DNA of 64,000 bases from contig JBFIHX010000001.1 in assembly GCA_041601615.1 (NCBI GenBank), positions 256,001 through 320,000 on the forward strand. Direction: 5' to 3'. The DNA comes from Thermoplasmatota archaeon (lineage in GTDB: Archaea; Thermoplasmatota; E2; JACPAO01; JAHFTW01). Below are positions 9,756 to 18,762 of this stretch, one piece after another (within the stretch, counting starts at the first letter, position 1; each line of letters opens with the position of its first letter). The notes under the pieces were generated by a model. That model ran no database searches. It was not told the DNA's origin and saw nothing but the letters and a program-made list of their open reading frames with translations. The translations under genes and the position numbers were made by a program.

Positions 9756-10198
9756 CCATCCCTAGCCACGTAGACGTACGCGGTACTCGATTTGCCGGCG
9801 GGATGACAACCATCGGCGCCATCGCTGCGCTCTTCGTACCCCACCCCGCAATCGCAGCAACTTTCGCGTTGTTGCTGTTGCTTGGCGCCGTCCTTGGACC
9901 ACGCTGGAACCTGTGGAGCATTCTCTATCGCGCGCTCATCGCCCCGCGCCTGACCCCGCCTGGGCCCGAGCGCCTGGAGCCCAGTGGCCCACCGCGCTTT
10001 GCCAACCTGCTTGGTGGCGTGTTTCTGGCTGCCGCAGCCGCAAGTATGGCGCTCGACTGGCTGATTGCCGGCCAAGCGCTCGCGGGCATCGTCGGATTGC
10101 TGGCCTTCCTGAATGCCGCCACCGGCCTCTGTGTTGGCTGCCGCCTGTACGGCCTCTTGGTGCTGCGCCCCGCTGTTCGCGCTGCGAGGCGTGCATGA
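9752..10198 (+). CDS. DUF4395-like membrane protein
   Basis: VDVRGTRF, PPRFANLLG and C-terminal GLCVGC motif; about four TM segments. Confidence 0.8.
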   Translation: MTIPSHVDVRGTRFAGGMTTIGAIAALFVPHPAIAATFALLLLLGAVLGPRWNLWSILYRALIAPRLTPPGPERLEPSGPPRFANLLGGVFLAAAAASMALDWLIAGQALAGIVGLLAFLNAATGLCVGCRLYGLLVLRPAVRAARRA

Positions 10199-11121
10199 AC
10201 CAGACCACACGCCTCGCACCGGCCCCGTTTCGCACCGCACCCCAAGAGGCACTCATCGGCAACACGCCGCTGCTTGACTTGAGCCAGTTCGCGCCCGAAG
10301 GGACCAAAGTCCTTGCCAAGGCCGAATGGCACAACCCCGGCGGGAGCATCAAAGACCGCGCCGCCCACCGCATCGTCACGGACGCAATTCAACGCGGCGA
10401 TCTACGCCCCGGCGTGACCCTCCTAGATGCCACAAGTGGCAACACCGGCATCGCATACGCATGGCTCGGAGCCGCCAAAGGATTCCCAGTGCGCCTCTGC
10501 ATCAGCGAAGGCGTATCGAGAGAACGCCTTGCCATCCTACGCGCCCTCGGAGCCCAGTTCGAGTTTACGGACCCCGCCGAAACCACAGACGGAGCCATCC
10601 GACGCGCCCGCGAACTCGCCGCTGAAGATCCAGGCCGATTCTACTACGCCGACCAATACAACAACCCCAGCAACCCCGCCGCCCACGAACACACCACGGG
10701 ACCAGAAATCTGGCAGCAAACCGGCGGCAACGTCACGCACTTCGTGGCTGGCCTCGGCACCACCGGCACCCTCATCGGTACAGGTCGCTACCTTCGACCC
10801 AAAGGCGTCCAACTCGTAGGCATACAACCCGACCAAGCATTCCATGGCCTCGAAGGCCTCAAACACCTCGACACTGCCATCACGCCCGGCATCTTTGATC
10901 CCACCGGCGTGGATCAACAACTGGCCGTGGCAACCGAAGACGCACACGCGGCGGTACGACGCCTCGCCCGGGAAGCCGGCCTGATGGTCGGAATCAGCAG
11001 CGGCGCTGCATTCATTGCTGCCCTTCGCGTCGCCGAATCCAACCCCGGCGCCACCATCGTCACGGTGTTTGCCGACTCGGGCGACAAATACCTCACCAAT
11101 CCATTCTGGAGCCAACCATGA
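10195..11121 (+). CDS. cysM: PLP-dependent cysteine synthase (CysM-like)
   Basis: IGNTPL, NPGGSIKDR (PLP Lys), ATSGNTG, GLGTTGT, GISSGA, DSGDKY; ATGA overlaps on both sides. Confidence 0.9.
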   Translation: MNQTTRLAPAPFRTAPQEALIGNTPLLDLSQFAPEGTKVLAKAEWHNPGGSIKDRAAHRIVTDAIQRGDLRPGVTLLDATSGNTGIAYAWLGAAKGFPVRLCISEGVSRERLAILRALGAQFEFTDPAETTDGAIRRARELAAEDPGRFYYADQYNNPSNPAAHEHTTGPEIWQQTGGNVTHFVAGLGTTGTLIGTGRYLRPKGVQLVGIQPDQAFHGLEGLKHLDTAITPGIFDPTGVDQQLAVATEDAHAAVRRLAREAGLMVGISSGAAFIAALRVAESNPGATIVTVFADSGDKYLTNPFWSQP

Positions 11122-12248
11122 ACCTGACCGATGCCGAACGCAGCCGCTACAGCCGCCACATCCTTCTGCCCGAAGTAGGACTCGCCGGCCAAGAACGGCT
11201 CGCGGCAAGCAAAGTGCTCCTGGTAGGCGCCGGTGGACTCGGTTGCCCCGCCGCCTTGTATCTCGCCGCCGCCGGAGTCGGCACACTTGGCCTCGTGGAT
11301 TTTGACGTAGTAGACGACTCCAACCTCCAGCGCCAAGTGCTCTACACCACCGACAGTGTCGGGCGACCCAAGACCCAGGAAGCCAAGGCACGACTCCAAG
11401 CCCTCAACCCACACATCCAAGTCGTTGAGCACCGCGAACCTCTCACGAGCGCCAACGCCGTAGACCTGATTCGACAATACGACCTCGTGCTCGACGGCAC
11501 CGACAATTTCCCCACGCGCTACCTCGTCAACGACGCCTCGTACCTTGCCGGGGTTCCGAACGTCTACGGCAGCATCTTCCGATTCGAAGGGCAAGTTTCC
11601 TTGTTCAACCACGAAAACGGCCCCTGCTACCGCTGCATCTACCGCGACCCGCCGCCACCCGGGCTCGTGCCCAGTTGCGCCGAAGGAGGCGTGCTCGGCA
11701 TCCTGCCCGGCGTCGTCGGCACCCTGCAAGCCACCGAGGCCATCAAGGTCCTCCTGGGCATCGGCAAGACCCTGCGCGGCCGCCTCCTGCTGTACGATGC
11801 CTTGGACATGCAATTCGAAGAACTGCGCCTTCGCAAGGACCCCGCCTGTTTGCTCTGCGGCCCCGAACCCACCATCACGGCGCCCATCGACTACGAGGCA
11901 TTCTGCAACCCCATCCAAGCCCAAGCCGAGGCGATTCCGGAAATCACGGCAGGTGAACTCGTCACCCTGCGCGCCGCTCGCCCCGAGACCGTCGTGCTGG
12001 ACGTGCGCGAACCGGGAGAAGTGGAAGTGTGCCGCATCGAAGGCAGCCTCCTGATTCCCCTCGTGGACCTCCCCCGCCGCGTCGAAGAAATACCCCGCGA
12101 CCGACCCGTCGTAGTACACTGCAAAGTCGGCGGACGAAGCGCCAAAGCCACCCGCATCCTGCGCGCCGCCGGCATCGACGCCACCAACCTGCAAGGCGGC
12201 ATCGACGCATGGCGAACCAACGTGCAACCGGAATTGGCACGGTACTGA
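11118..12248 (+). CDS. moeB: MoeB/MoeZ E1-like adenylyltransferase with C-terminal rhodanese
   Basis: RYSRH, GAGGLG, SNLQRQ, CYRC and CLLC, rhodanese HCKVGGRS...LQGGIDAW. Confidence 0.95.
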   Translation: MNLTDAERSRYSRHILLPEVGLAGQERLAASKVLLVGAGGLGCPAALYLAAAGVGTLGLVDFDVVDDSNLQRQVLYTTDSVGRPKTQEAKARLQALNPHIQVVEHREPLTSANAVDLIRQYDLVLDGTDNFPTRYLVNDASYLAGVPNVYGSIFRFEGQVSLFNHENGPCYRCIYRDPPPPGLVPSCAEGGVLGILPGVVGTLQATEAIKVLLGIGKTLRGRLLLYDALDMQFEELRLRKDPACLLCGPEPTITAPIDYEAFCNPIQAQAEAIPEITAGELVTLRAARPETVVLDVREPGEVEVCRIEGSLLIPLVDLPRRVEEIPRDRPVVVHCKVGGRSAKATRILRAAGIDATNLQGGIDAWRTNVQPELARY

Positions 12249-12477
12249 CACCACCGGCCCCAAGCACGGCAGGAACGCGGGCGTCATTGGAGCTATGGGA
12301 AACACCGTAGCCGCCACCTCGAAGGACCAACCCTTGCAAGCATGCGACAGGAACTACAACGGCGCACCCGACGAACCACATCTGCAACCGGCCCATCCGC
12401 CGAAGGGTAACGAACACAGTTTTGCGCCCCACCGCGTCCTCTTCCTGCGCGGTCATCAATCCGTACTCGTGGTCCCC

Positions 12478-13356
12478 ATGACAACCAGCCAAATGCAACG
12501 CAAGCTCGCCACACCCAAGGAAGCAGTCGCCTTCGTCCAATCCGTCCAGCTTCCCCGCGACAGCGACACGGCCCCCAAGGCCCGGGGTTCCATCGACCCC
12601 TCCGCCGAAAAACCATCCCACGCGCCCGCTGCACCCAACAAAATGCGCTCCATCCAGGGCGAATCCGCGACGGTACCCGACGCGACCGCAAACCTTCGGC
12701 CCGACCGCCCCTCTGCCACCCTGGACGGCGCCAACCTCGTTGCATGTGTAGCCGGACTCGATGTGCAAAGCCGCCAAGACGTCATCAACTCCCTGCTGCT
12801 TGCCCAACTGGTCGCCGACCAAGCACACGACCGCGACCAAGACATGGAAGCATGGTACGACCGCTACTGCGATGTCCTCGGCAACGTCGGCTGGGCCTGC
12901 GGGTCCTTCCAATTCCAACAACACAACCTCCACGGCACCAAGGCGAACATGCAAACCCTCGTCCTCGAAGTGCTCGCCACCATCGCCACCCAAGACCACC
13001 TAGCCGCCGCCAAACTCGCCCTCGACGCCCTAGCCAAAAAAGCCGAACGAGGCGACCGCGACTTCCAAGTATGGAACAACGCCACCCAAAAAGACGGCAT
13101 CAACGTGTTCCAAATGAGCATCTGCAAAGGAGAAGGTGCCACCATTGGACTCCAATCCGCTGCTCTGCGCGTCCACACCCAAAAAGAAGACGCCCGATTC
13201 CTTTGGGCCGGCCAAACCCGCACCATCCTCCAGGTCCAAGCCGCCTCCATGAACATGCTCCTCGACAGCACCACCTACAGCGCCGTCCGCAGCCTCGTCA
13301 TCAAAAAACTAGGCCACCGACTCGCACACAACCTCACAAATCTCGACCTCGCCTAA
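12478..13356 (+). CDS. Hypothetical protein of a bacterial-like family (possible Cyt/Evf-like fold)
   Basis: Coding-like codon use; block DVINSLLLAQLVA...WYDRYCDVLGNVGW recalled from uncharacterised bacterial/fungal proteins; start uncertain. Confidence 0.65.
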   Translation: MTTSQMQRKLATPKEAVAFVQSVQLPRDSDTAPKARGSIDPSAEKPSHAPAAPNKMRSIQGESATVPDATANLRPDRPSATLDGANLVACVAGLDVQSRQDVINSLLLAQLVADQAHDRDQDMEAWYDRYCDVLGNVGWACGSFQFQQHNLHGTKANMQTLVLEVLATIATQDHLAAAKLALDALAKKAERGDRDFQVWNNATQKDGINVFQMSICKGEGATIGLQSAALRVHTQKEDARFLWAGQTRTILQVQAASMNMLLDSTTYSAVRSLVIKKLGHRLAHNLTNLDLA

Positions 13357-13464
13357 TGCGACTGCACTCCACCCGCACCCCCCAACGCGACCCAGCACCA
13401 CGCCCCCGGCCTCATTCCGCGCAGCACGCCGCCCAAATAGCCCCCCACCCATGTCCGACAAGCC

Positions 13465-15105
13465 ATGCGTGACGCTCTGCGTGCACACGCCCCCTCCGTC
13501 GCCGCCTTCGCCGTGATGATCGTGGTCGCCCTCGTCATGGCCGCCACCATCCAAGCCGGCGTTTTGCCCTCCAGCTCGCCCCTGCCAGCACTCCCTGCAT
13601 CTGCCCTGCCAATGCCCAGCGCCGAGCAGGACCAAGACCGAGACAGCTACGCCGACGAACTCGACCGCATCGACGGCGACCTCCATATCCGCCTCGTCGT
13701 GGAAACCATGGACGTACCAAGCAACGCCCTACCCTACCTCCAAATCGGCACCCAAGACGACCACTGGCGCCTCGGCGCCGGCGCCGAACAAGCATGGCCC
13801 CACATCGTAGACGCCGACTCGCTTGGCCACAAAGCCGGCAGCCCCGGCTGGCGAAACGACGTCCTACGCACTGGAGCATGGTGGATGAGCCAACCCATGA
13901 CCGGAGCCACCAAAGCCATCACCGAAGGCAGCATCGACCCCGACCGCGTCCCCCCCGGCGTAGTCTGGCCCCAAACCTTCTGGATCAACGTACGCGACGA
14001 TCGGCCCCAAGTCTCCTTTGTGGTCGAACTGCGCGACTCGAGACCGGACCCCGACGCACTTCTTGGCCAATGGACCCTCCACGTGGAAGTCCCCTCAGGA
14101 CTCGCCCGCCTCGACGACGGCCCCTTCCAAAGCACCAACACCACCCTCGCAGTCACTTCCGCCAAAGCCAGCCTAACGCTTCGCACCACCCTCGAAACCG
14201 GCCCCAGCCACGACGACGCACGCGCCTGGGCCGACCGCTGGGCACCCATCCTCCGCTTCGACTCCCTCGAACGATTCTACCCCGTGCGCGGCGAAGTGCT
14301 CCAACAATTCCACGGCATCGGCCGCCTCGACCCCCGCGACCAAGACCACCGCACATGGACCCGGGAATTCAACAACGCCCGCGACCCCTACATCCTCTTG
14401 CTTGCCGACTTCAACGGCGACCGCAAAACCGACCACGTCGACGCCGCCCTCCTGTACGACGTACTCGCCACCGGCCCCGTCGGCACACCCACCGTCTACG
14501 CCAGCGTACAACGCACCACCAACGACCAAGTCGCCATCACCTACTGGTTCCTCACCATCTACAACTTCGTGCGCGACGTCACCGGCAACGACATCCAACT
14601 CCTCGCCCACGCCGGCGACCGCGAATTCATCTCCCTCCTCTTCGACAACCCCGAAGAAGCGCGCAACGGCACACCCAGCAGCATCAGCTACAGCCAACAC
14701 TACCGAGGCATCCGCATCCCCAACCCCCAAGCAGGCGCCGAGCCCATGACCAACGGCACCCACCCCGACGTATTCGTTGCCCAAGGCAGCCACGCCAGCT
14801 ACCCCGTCGCCGGCGACGACCGCCGCTTCCGCTCCGCCCTCATCGGCTTCGGCGACGTCTTCGACGGCAAAGGCACAACCTGGACCCCCAACGACTACGA
14901 ACTGGAACTCCTCGAGGCGCAAGAATGGCATCTCGGATACCTCTGGGGCCCCCTCACCCGCCACAGCCGCGACCTTGGCACCACGCGCCAACCACTCCTG
15001 CAACACAGCTTCCAATACCCCTTCATCGACCCGCTCTCCTGGCACCTCAGCCTAGCCATCTTCGAAGCCGACGAACTGCACGAAGCCTACGGAGACACCC
15101 CATGA
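13465..15105 (+). CDS. Membrane-anchored protein with Vps62/NPP1-like C-terminal domain
   Basis: N-terminal TM; WAPILRFDSLERFYP, ITYWF...YN, HAGDRE, YSQH, HPDVFVAQGSHASYP. Confidence 0.7.
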   Translation: MRDALRAHAPSVAAFAVMIVVALVMAATIQAGVLPSSSPLPALPASALPMPSAEQDQDRDSYADELDRIDGDLHIRLVVETMDVPSNALPYLQIGTQDDHWRLGAGAEQAWPHIVDADSLGHKAGSPGWRNDVLRTGAWWMSQPMTGATKAITEGSIDPDRVPPGVVWPQTFWINVRDDRPQVSFVVELRDSRPDPDALLGQWTLHVEVPSGLARLDDGPFQSTNTTLAVTSAKASLTLRTTLETGPSHDDARAWADRWAPILRFDSLERFYPVRGEVLQQFHGIGRLDPRDQDHRTWTREFNNARDPYILLLADFNGDRKTDHVDAALLYDVLATGPVGTPTVYASVQRTTNDQVAITYWFLTIYNFVRDVTGNDIQLLAHAGDREFISLLFDNPEEARNGTPSSISYSQHYRGIRIPNPQAGAEPMTNGTHPDVFVAQGSHASYPVAGDDRRFRSALIGFGDVFDGKGTTWTPNDYELELLEAQEWHLGYLWGPLTRHSRDLGTTRQPLLQHSFQYPFIDPLSWHLSLAIFEADELHEAYGDTP

Positions 15106-16028
15106 ACGCCCCGGAACCCACCACGGCGCGACCCAATATCCTCCACCACCCACGCATACAAGCCGCATGGGAACGCATCGCACAAGCCCTCCACGCCATC
15201 CACGGCAGCCGAGGCATCCTCGCCGGTTCCCTGGGCCTCTTGCTGCTCGGCCTCGCAGACCCCGCCCTACCCCGCGACCTCAACCGCACCCTCCTCACCG
15301 GCCCGCTCCTGCTCGTGCTCATCGCCGGCCTCCTCACACTCGCCCGCGAAGGAGTCGCCACCCAACAACGCGCCCGCACCCTACGCAACGACGAAACCGC
15401 CACGCGCAAAATGACCCGCCGCCTCCTCTGGCTGCTGCCCCTAACCCTGCTGCTCTCCCCACGCATCTTCCTTGCCGCCTACGGCGTCCCGCACCTGAAC
15501 CCACTCACCGGCGTCATCTTCCCCGACACCCAACGACACCTCGCACTCCTGTTTCTGTTCCTCCTCATGCTCCTTGCTGCCATGTACCTACGAAGCAGCA
15601 AACGCTACGCCCCCCACATCCGCAGCCGCCGCCCACGCGACCTGCCCCACGAAGACCTCAGCCACCAAGAACGAGACTGGCTCCTCTGGATGGTCATCGG
15701 CATAGCACTCGCCTGGGGCTGGCTCCTGCGCCCCTTCTGGCACCCCTTCAGCCTCCTCCAATGGCCCCCCAGCCTCAACAGCCTCCAACAAGGAGCCGCA
15801 GGCGTCGGCGCCCTCGCCTTCAGCCTCGCCATCCCCATGATGCTGTTTCTCAACCTCGCAAGCCACCTCAGCCTCCTACGAGACATCCAAATAGCCGGCA
15901 CCTGGCACAAAGACCGCCACATCGCCGCCATGGCCGCCATCCACGTCACCCTCTCCCTCACCGCCATCATCCTCCACGCCTACGACTTGCTGTGGATTGC
16001 GCAATACCGGAGTGCGGTCAGATTCTAG
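15102..16028 (+). CDS. Polytopic membrane protein, unknown function
   Basis: About seven hydrophobic segments; ATGA overlap with the upstream gene. Confidence 0.75.
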   Translation: MNAPEPTTARPNILHHPRIQAAWERIAQALHAIHGSRGILAGSLGLLLLGLADPALPRDLNRTLLTGPLLLVLIAGLLTLAREGVATQQRARTLRNDETATRKMTRRLLWLLPLTLLLSPRIFLAAYGVPHLNPLTGVIFPDTQRHLALLFLFLLMLLAAMYLRSSKRYAPHIRSRRPRDLPHEDLSHQERDWLLWMVIGIALAWGWLLRPFWHPFSLLQWPPSLNSLQQGAAGVGALAFSLAIPMMLFLNLASHLSLLRDIQIAGTWHKDRHIAAMAAIHVTLSLTAIILHAYDLLWIAQYRSAVRF

Positions 16029-16106
16029 CGCCAACGCTGCGCGTTGGCGGCAGTACGGGGCCCTCCAGCGCCAACGCTGCGCGTTGGCGGCAGTACGGGG
16101 ACCTCC
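16027..16106. repeat. Tandem 40-bp duplication, each unit with a perfect 9-bp hairpin
   Basis: AGCGCCAACGCTGCGCGTTGGCGGCAGTACGGGG(C/A)CCTCC twice (16027-16066, 16067-16106), one mismatch. Confidence 0.9.
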
Positions 16107-16153
16107 GGTCCCCGGACCCCTCGGAGCGCGGCACTCGCTTCGCGAGGCCACGC
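16097..16153 (-). repeat. Dispersed palindromic REP/MITE-like element, copy C
   Basis: Minus strand GCGTGGCCTCGCGAAGCGAGTGCCGCGCTCCGAGGGGTCCGGGGACCGGAGGTCCCC, similar to copy A. Confidence 0.5.
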
Positions 16154-16175
16154 GGACTTGTACACCGTGAAAACT

Positions 16176-16871
16176 CTAGTCTGTCAAGAAGGGAAGTCTG
16201 TCAAATTCGGCCCTGTCTAGGGTCGCGAGCGCCGGGTTCTCCGTGCGCTGGGCTTGCAGGCTGCGGCTGGGGTATGGGGCGTAGTGGTGGCCGGGAAACA
16301 GCGTGATGTCTCCTTGCAGGGCCCGGATTTTTGCCATAGACGCAAACATGGCGTCCGTGTCGCCGCCGGGAAAATCGGTTCGGCCACAGGTGTTGACAAA
16401 CAGCGTGTCTCCACCAAACAGGGCTTGCGGACCGCCGGAGGCGCCGACGAGGAAGCACGTTGATTCCGGCTGGTGGCCGGGCGTGTGGATGGCTTCGACG
16501 GGAACGCCGCCGATTTGGAATGTGTCGCCATCGCTTAGGAACTGGAACCGCTGGGGCTCTTGCTGGACCTTCGTGTGGTCCCGAGCCGCCTCGTGGATGC
16601 GCGCCGTCTCGACCCCGCGCTCGAAGATCTCCGGAACCCCTCCAATGTGGTCCCAGTGGCCGTGCGTAAACAGCGCTTGTTTGATCTGAAACCCATCCGC
16701 CTTCACGGCTTCAAACAGCCGCTCCAACTCGAATGCAGGATCAATCACCGCCGCTTCCATGGTCTCGGGGTCGCCCACCACATAATGGAAGTTCTTGTGC
16801 GGGCCCGCCAGCACCTGGCGAAGCGCGAATGGAAATGCTGGCGCAGTAGCAGACACGTCCTCGAAGAGCAC
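16176..16871 (-). CDS. MBL-fold hydrolase (glyoxalase II / persulfide dioxygenase-like)
   Basis: THGHWDH, HTPGH, GDTLF, CGRTDFPGGD, PGHHY. Confidence 0.9.
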   Translation of the reverse strand: MLFEDVSATAPAFPFALRQVLAGPHKNFHYVVGDPETMEAAVIDPAFELERLFEAVKADGFQIKQALFTHGHWDHIGGVPEIFERGVETARIHEAARDHTKVQQEPQRFQFLSDGDTFQIGGVPVEAIHTPGHQPESTCFLVGASGGPQALFGGDTLFVNTCGRTDFPGGDTDAMFASMAKIRALQGDITLFPGHHYAPYPSRSLQAQRTENPALATLDRAEFDRLPFLTD

Positions 16872-16929
16872 GCGCCGGGACGAACGCCTTGCGGTTTCAA
16901 GCTTGGCCCCCGATGGAACCGAGCCGCCG

Positions 16930-17364
16930 TTACACTTGCTGCAGCATATCGCCCACGTTCACCTCAACGCAGCCATGGTAGTCCACCAAAAAGTCCGTAA
17001 GAAGGGTGGCGCCGGAGCAGATGTCTAGCCAGAGTTCCTCCATCACGTCGCCGTTCGTGGAACGGGCACATTGGCTTGGGCCGCCCGAAACGCCAGTACC
17101 GGCGCCAGGAACCGATGGCTGCACGAACGGTTGGACCCGGACATCCAGGCACAGCGCTTGCGCCGTTCCCGGGATTCCTGCGACCGTGGCCACATCGGCG
17201 GTGACGAGCACTTGCGAGGGGTCCGGATCTACTTCGAGGTCCACGGACAGATGCGCGATGCCATCTGCGGGGGCTGCTGAGACTGTGGTGGACGAGGCGA
17301 GCAATGCAGTCAGCAGTCCAAAGGTTACGAGTTGTAGTTGATGGTGAGGGTGATGGTTTGTCAT
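16930..17364 (-). CDS. Secreted hypothetical protein (4 Cys)
   Basis: Signal-peptide-like N-terminus ending TVSA-A; acidic mature part. Confidence 0.55.
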   Translation of the reverse strand: MTNHHPHHQLQLVTFGLLTALLASSTTVSAAPADGIAHLSVDLEVDPDPSQVLVTADVATVAGIPGTAQALCLDVRVQPFVQPSVPGAGTGVSGGPSQCARSTNGDVMEELWLDICSGATLLTDFLVDYHGCVEVNVGDMLQQV

Positions 17365-17672
17365 GGAGATTTTCTCCCAACCTCCACATGCACGAGCCAA
17401 ACTAAACCATATGGACTCCTTTGGGCCGATTCGGTCAAAGTGCTCAGCACGGGAAAAAGAAGGAAAAGGCCCGTGTCGCAGCACTACGGCAAGCCACCGT
17501 GATTGCTACCGCTTGGTAGAGGCGCGATGACAGCGGAGTTGAGGACATACGAGTAGGAGTAGGACACGCTGGAACCACCACTTTCCGCCTGGACGCGGGC
17601 CCAAAAGAGACGCTCCTTTTGGCGAATTCCGTGGACACCACCGTCAAGTACCCGCCTCAAGTCGCGCCACCC

Positions 17673-18644
17673 ATGGCAGAGACCGACGCACCTAAGCCCC
17701 TCCCGATGGCCGGACCCGGCGCCCCTGGCGGCGCCCAAGGTGGCCCCGTGGACCCACGCACGGCGGAGCGCCTGAAGCGACGGTTGCGCATCATCAACAA
17801 CATGAAGCGCATCAAGCACAAGTTCATCGTGGCAAGCGGCAAGGGCGGCGTCGGCAAATCGACCGTGGCAACCAACCTCGCTGCCAGCCTCGCCGCACGC
17901 GGCCACAAAGTCGGCATCCTGGACATGGACTTGACCGGCCCCAATGTCCCGAAGATGCTTGGCGTAGACCAGAGCGGAGTCGCAGAGCAAGAAGGCGGCC
18001 TCGTGCCGGTGCAAGTGACCGACAACTTGTGTGTCATGAGCATGCAATTCTTGCTGCCCGACCCCGACGAAGCCGTCGTCTGGCGCGGCCCGATCAAGAT
18101 GCAGGTCATTGGGCAGTTCCTGGGCGACGTGTCCTGGGGCGAACTGGACTACCTCATCGTCGATCTGCCCCCTGGAAGCAGCGACGAGCCCCTTTCGGTT
18201 GCCCAAAACATTCCCGACGCGGACGGCATGATCCTCGTCACGACCCCCCAGGAGATTTCCGTGGGCGACGTGCGCAAAAACGTCCGATTTGCTCGCAAAC
18301 TCGAGATGCCGGTGCTCGGCGTCATCGAAAACATGAGCGGCCTCGTGCTGCATGGAAGTGCCCCCGGTGCCACGAGCCTGACTCTGGACACGGGAGCAGA
18401 CACCATCACCGTCAACCCCGACGCCAGCGGCGCTTTCGAAGCCGTCGTGCATGTCTTTGAAGCAGGCGGCGGCAAGCGCATGGCGGAACAAGTGGGCGTG
18501 CCGTTCCTGGGCAGCGTTCCCCTGGACCCCATGGTCAACCGCATGGCCGATCGCGGCGAACCGTTCGTTCTGGACGAGGCACGAGGCCCAACGAGGGCGG
18601 CGTTTGAATCCATCATCGACGCCTTGACCAAAGACCACGAATAG
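17673..18644 (+). CDS. mrp: Mrp/NBP35/ApbC family P-loop ATPase
   Basis: SGKGGVGKST, DMDLTGP, VVWRGP, WGELDYLIVDLPPG, VTTPQ, IENMS. Confidence 0.93.
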   Translation: MAETDAPKPLPMAGPGAPGGAQGGPVDPRTAERLKRRLRIINNMKRIKHKFIVASGKGGVGKSTVATNLAASLAARGHKVGILDMDLTGPNVPKMLGVDQSGVAEQEGGLVPVQVTDNLCVMSMQFLLPDPDEAVVWRGPIKMQVIGQFLGDVSWGELDYLIVDLPPGSSDEPLSVAQNIPDADGMILVTTPQEISVGDVRKNVRFARKLEMPVLGVIENMSGLVLHGSAPGATSLTLDTGADTITVNPDASGAFEAVVHVFEAGGGKRMAEQVGVPFLGSVPLDPMVNRMADRGEPFVLDEARGPTRAAFESIIDALTKDHE

Positions 18645-18762
18645 CTGGCATACCCCGCCAACCGGGCCGTTGTGCCGCATCGTTCTTGAAGTGCTAGAAT
18701 CGCTACTAGATGAACGGGTTCCGCGCCGACACCTTCTCGACTGCAGAACCACTTTCGGGCCC

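Noticed and set aside
8555-12248. Ubiquitin-like antiphage system (Bil or CBASS-type E1/E2/JAB)
   Set aside because: No E2, cyclase or effector; the E1 carries a rhodanese and is coupled to a cysteine synthase, pointing to sulfur transfer
13794-15101. Long Arg/Pro-rich alternative-frame extensions (also 58135-60168)
   Set aside because: Off-frame readings of C-rich genes; the real genes start at 15102 and 60169
16027-16106. Mini CRISPR array
   Set aside because: Only two units, contiguous with no unique spacer, and no cas genes
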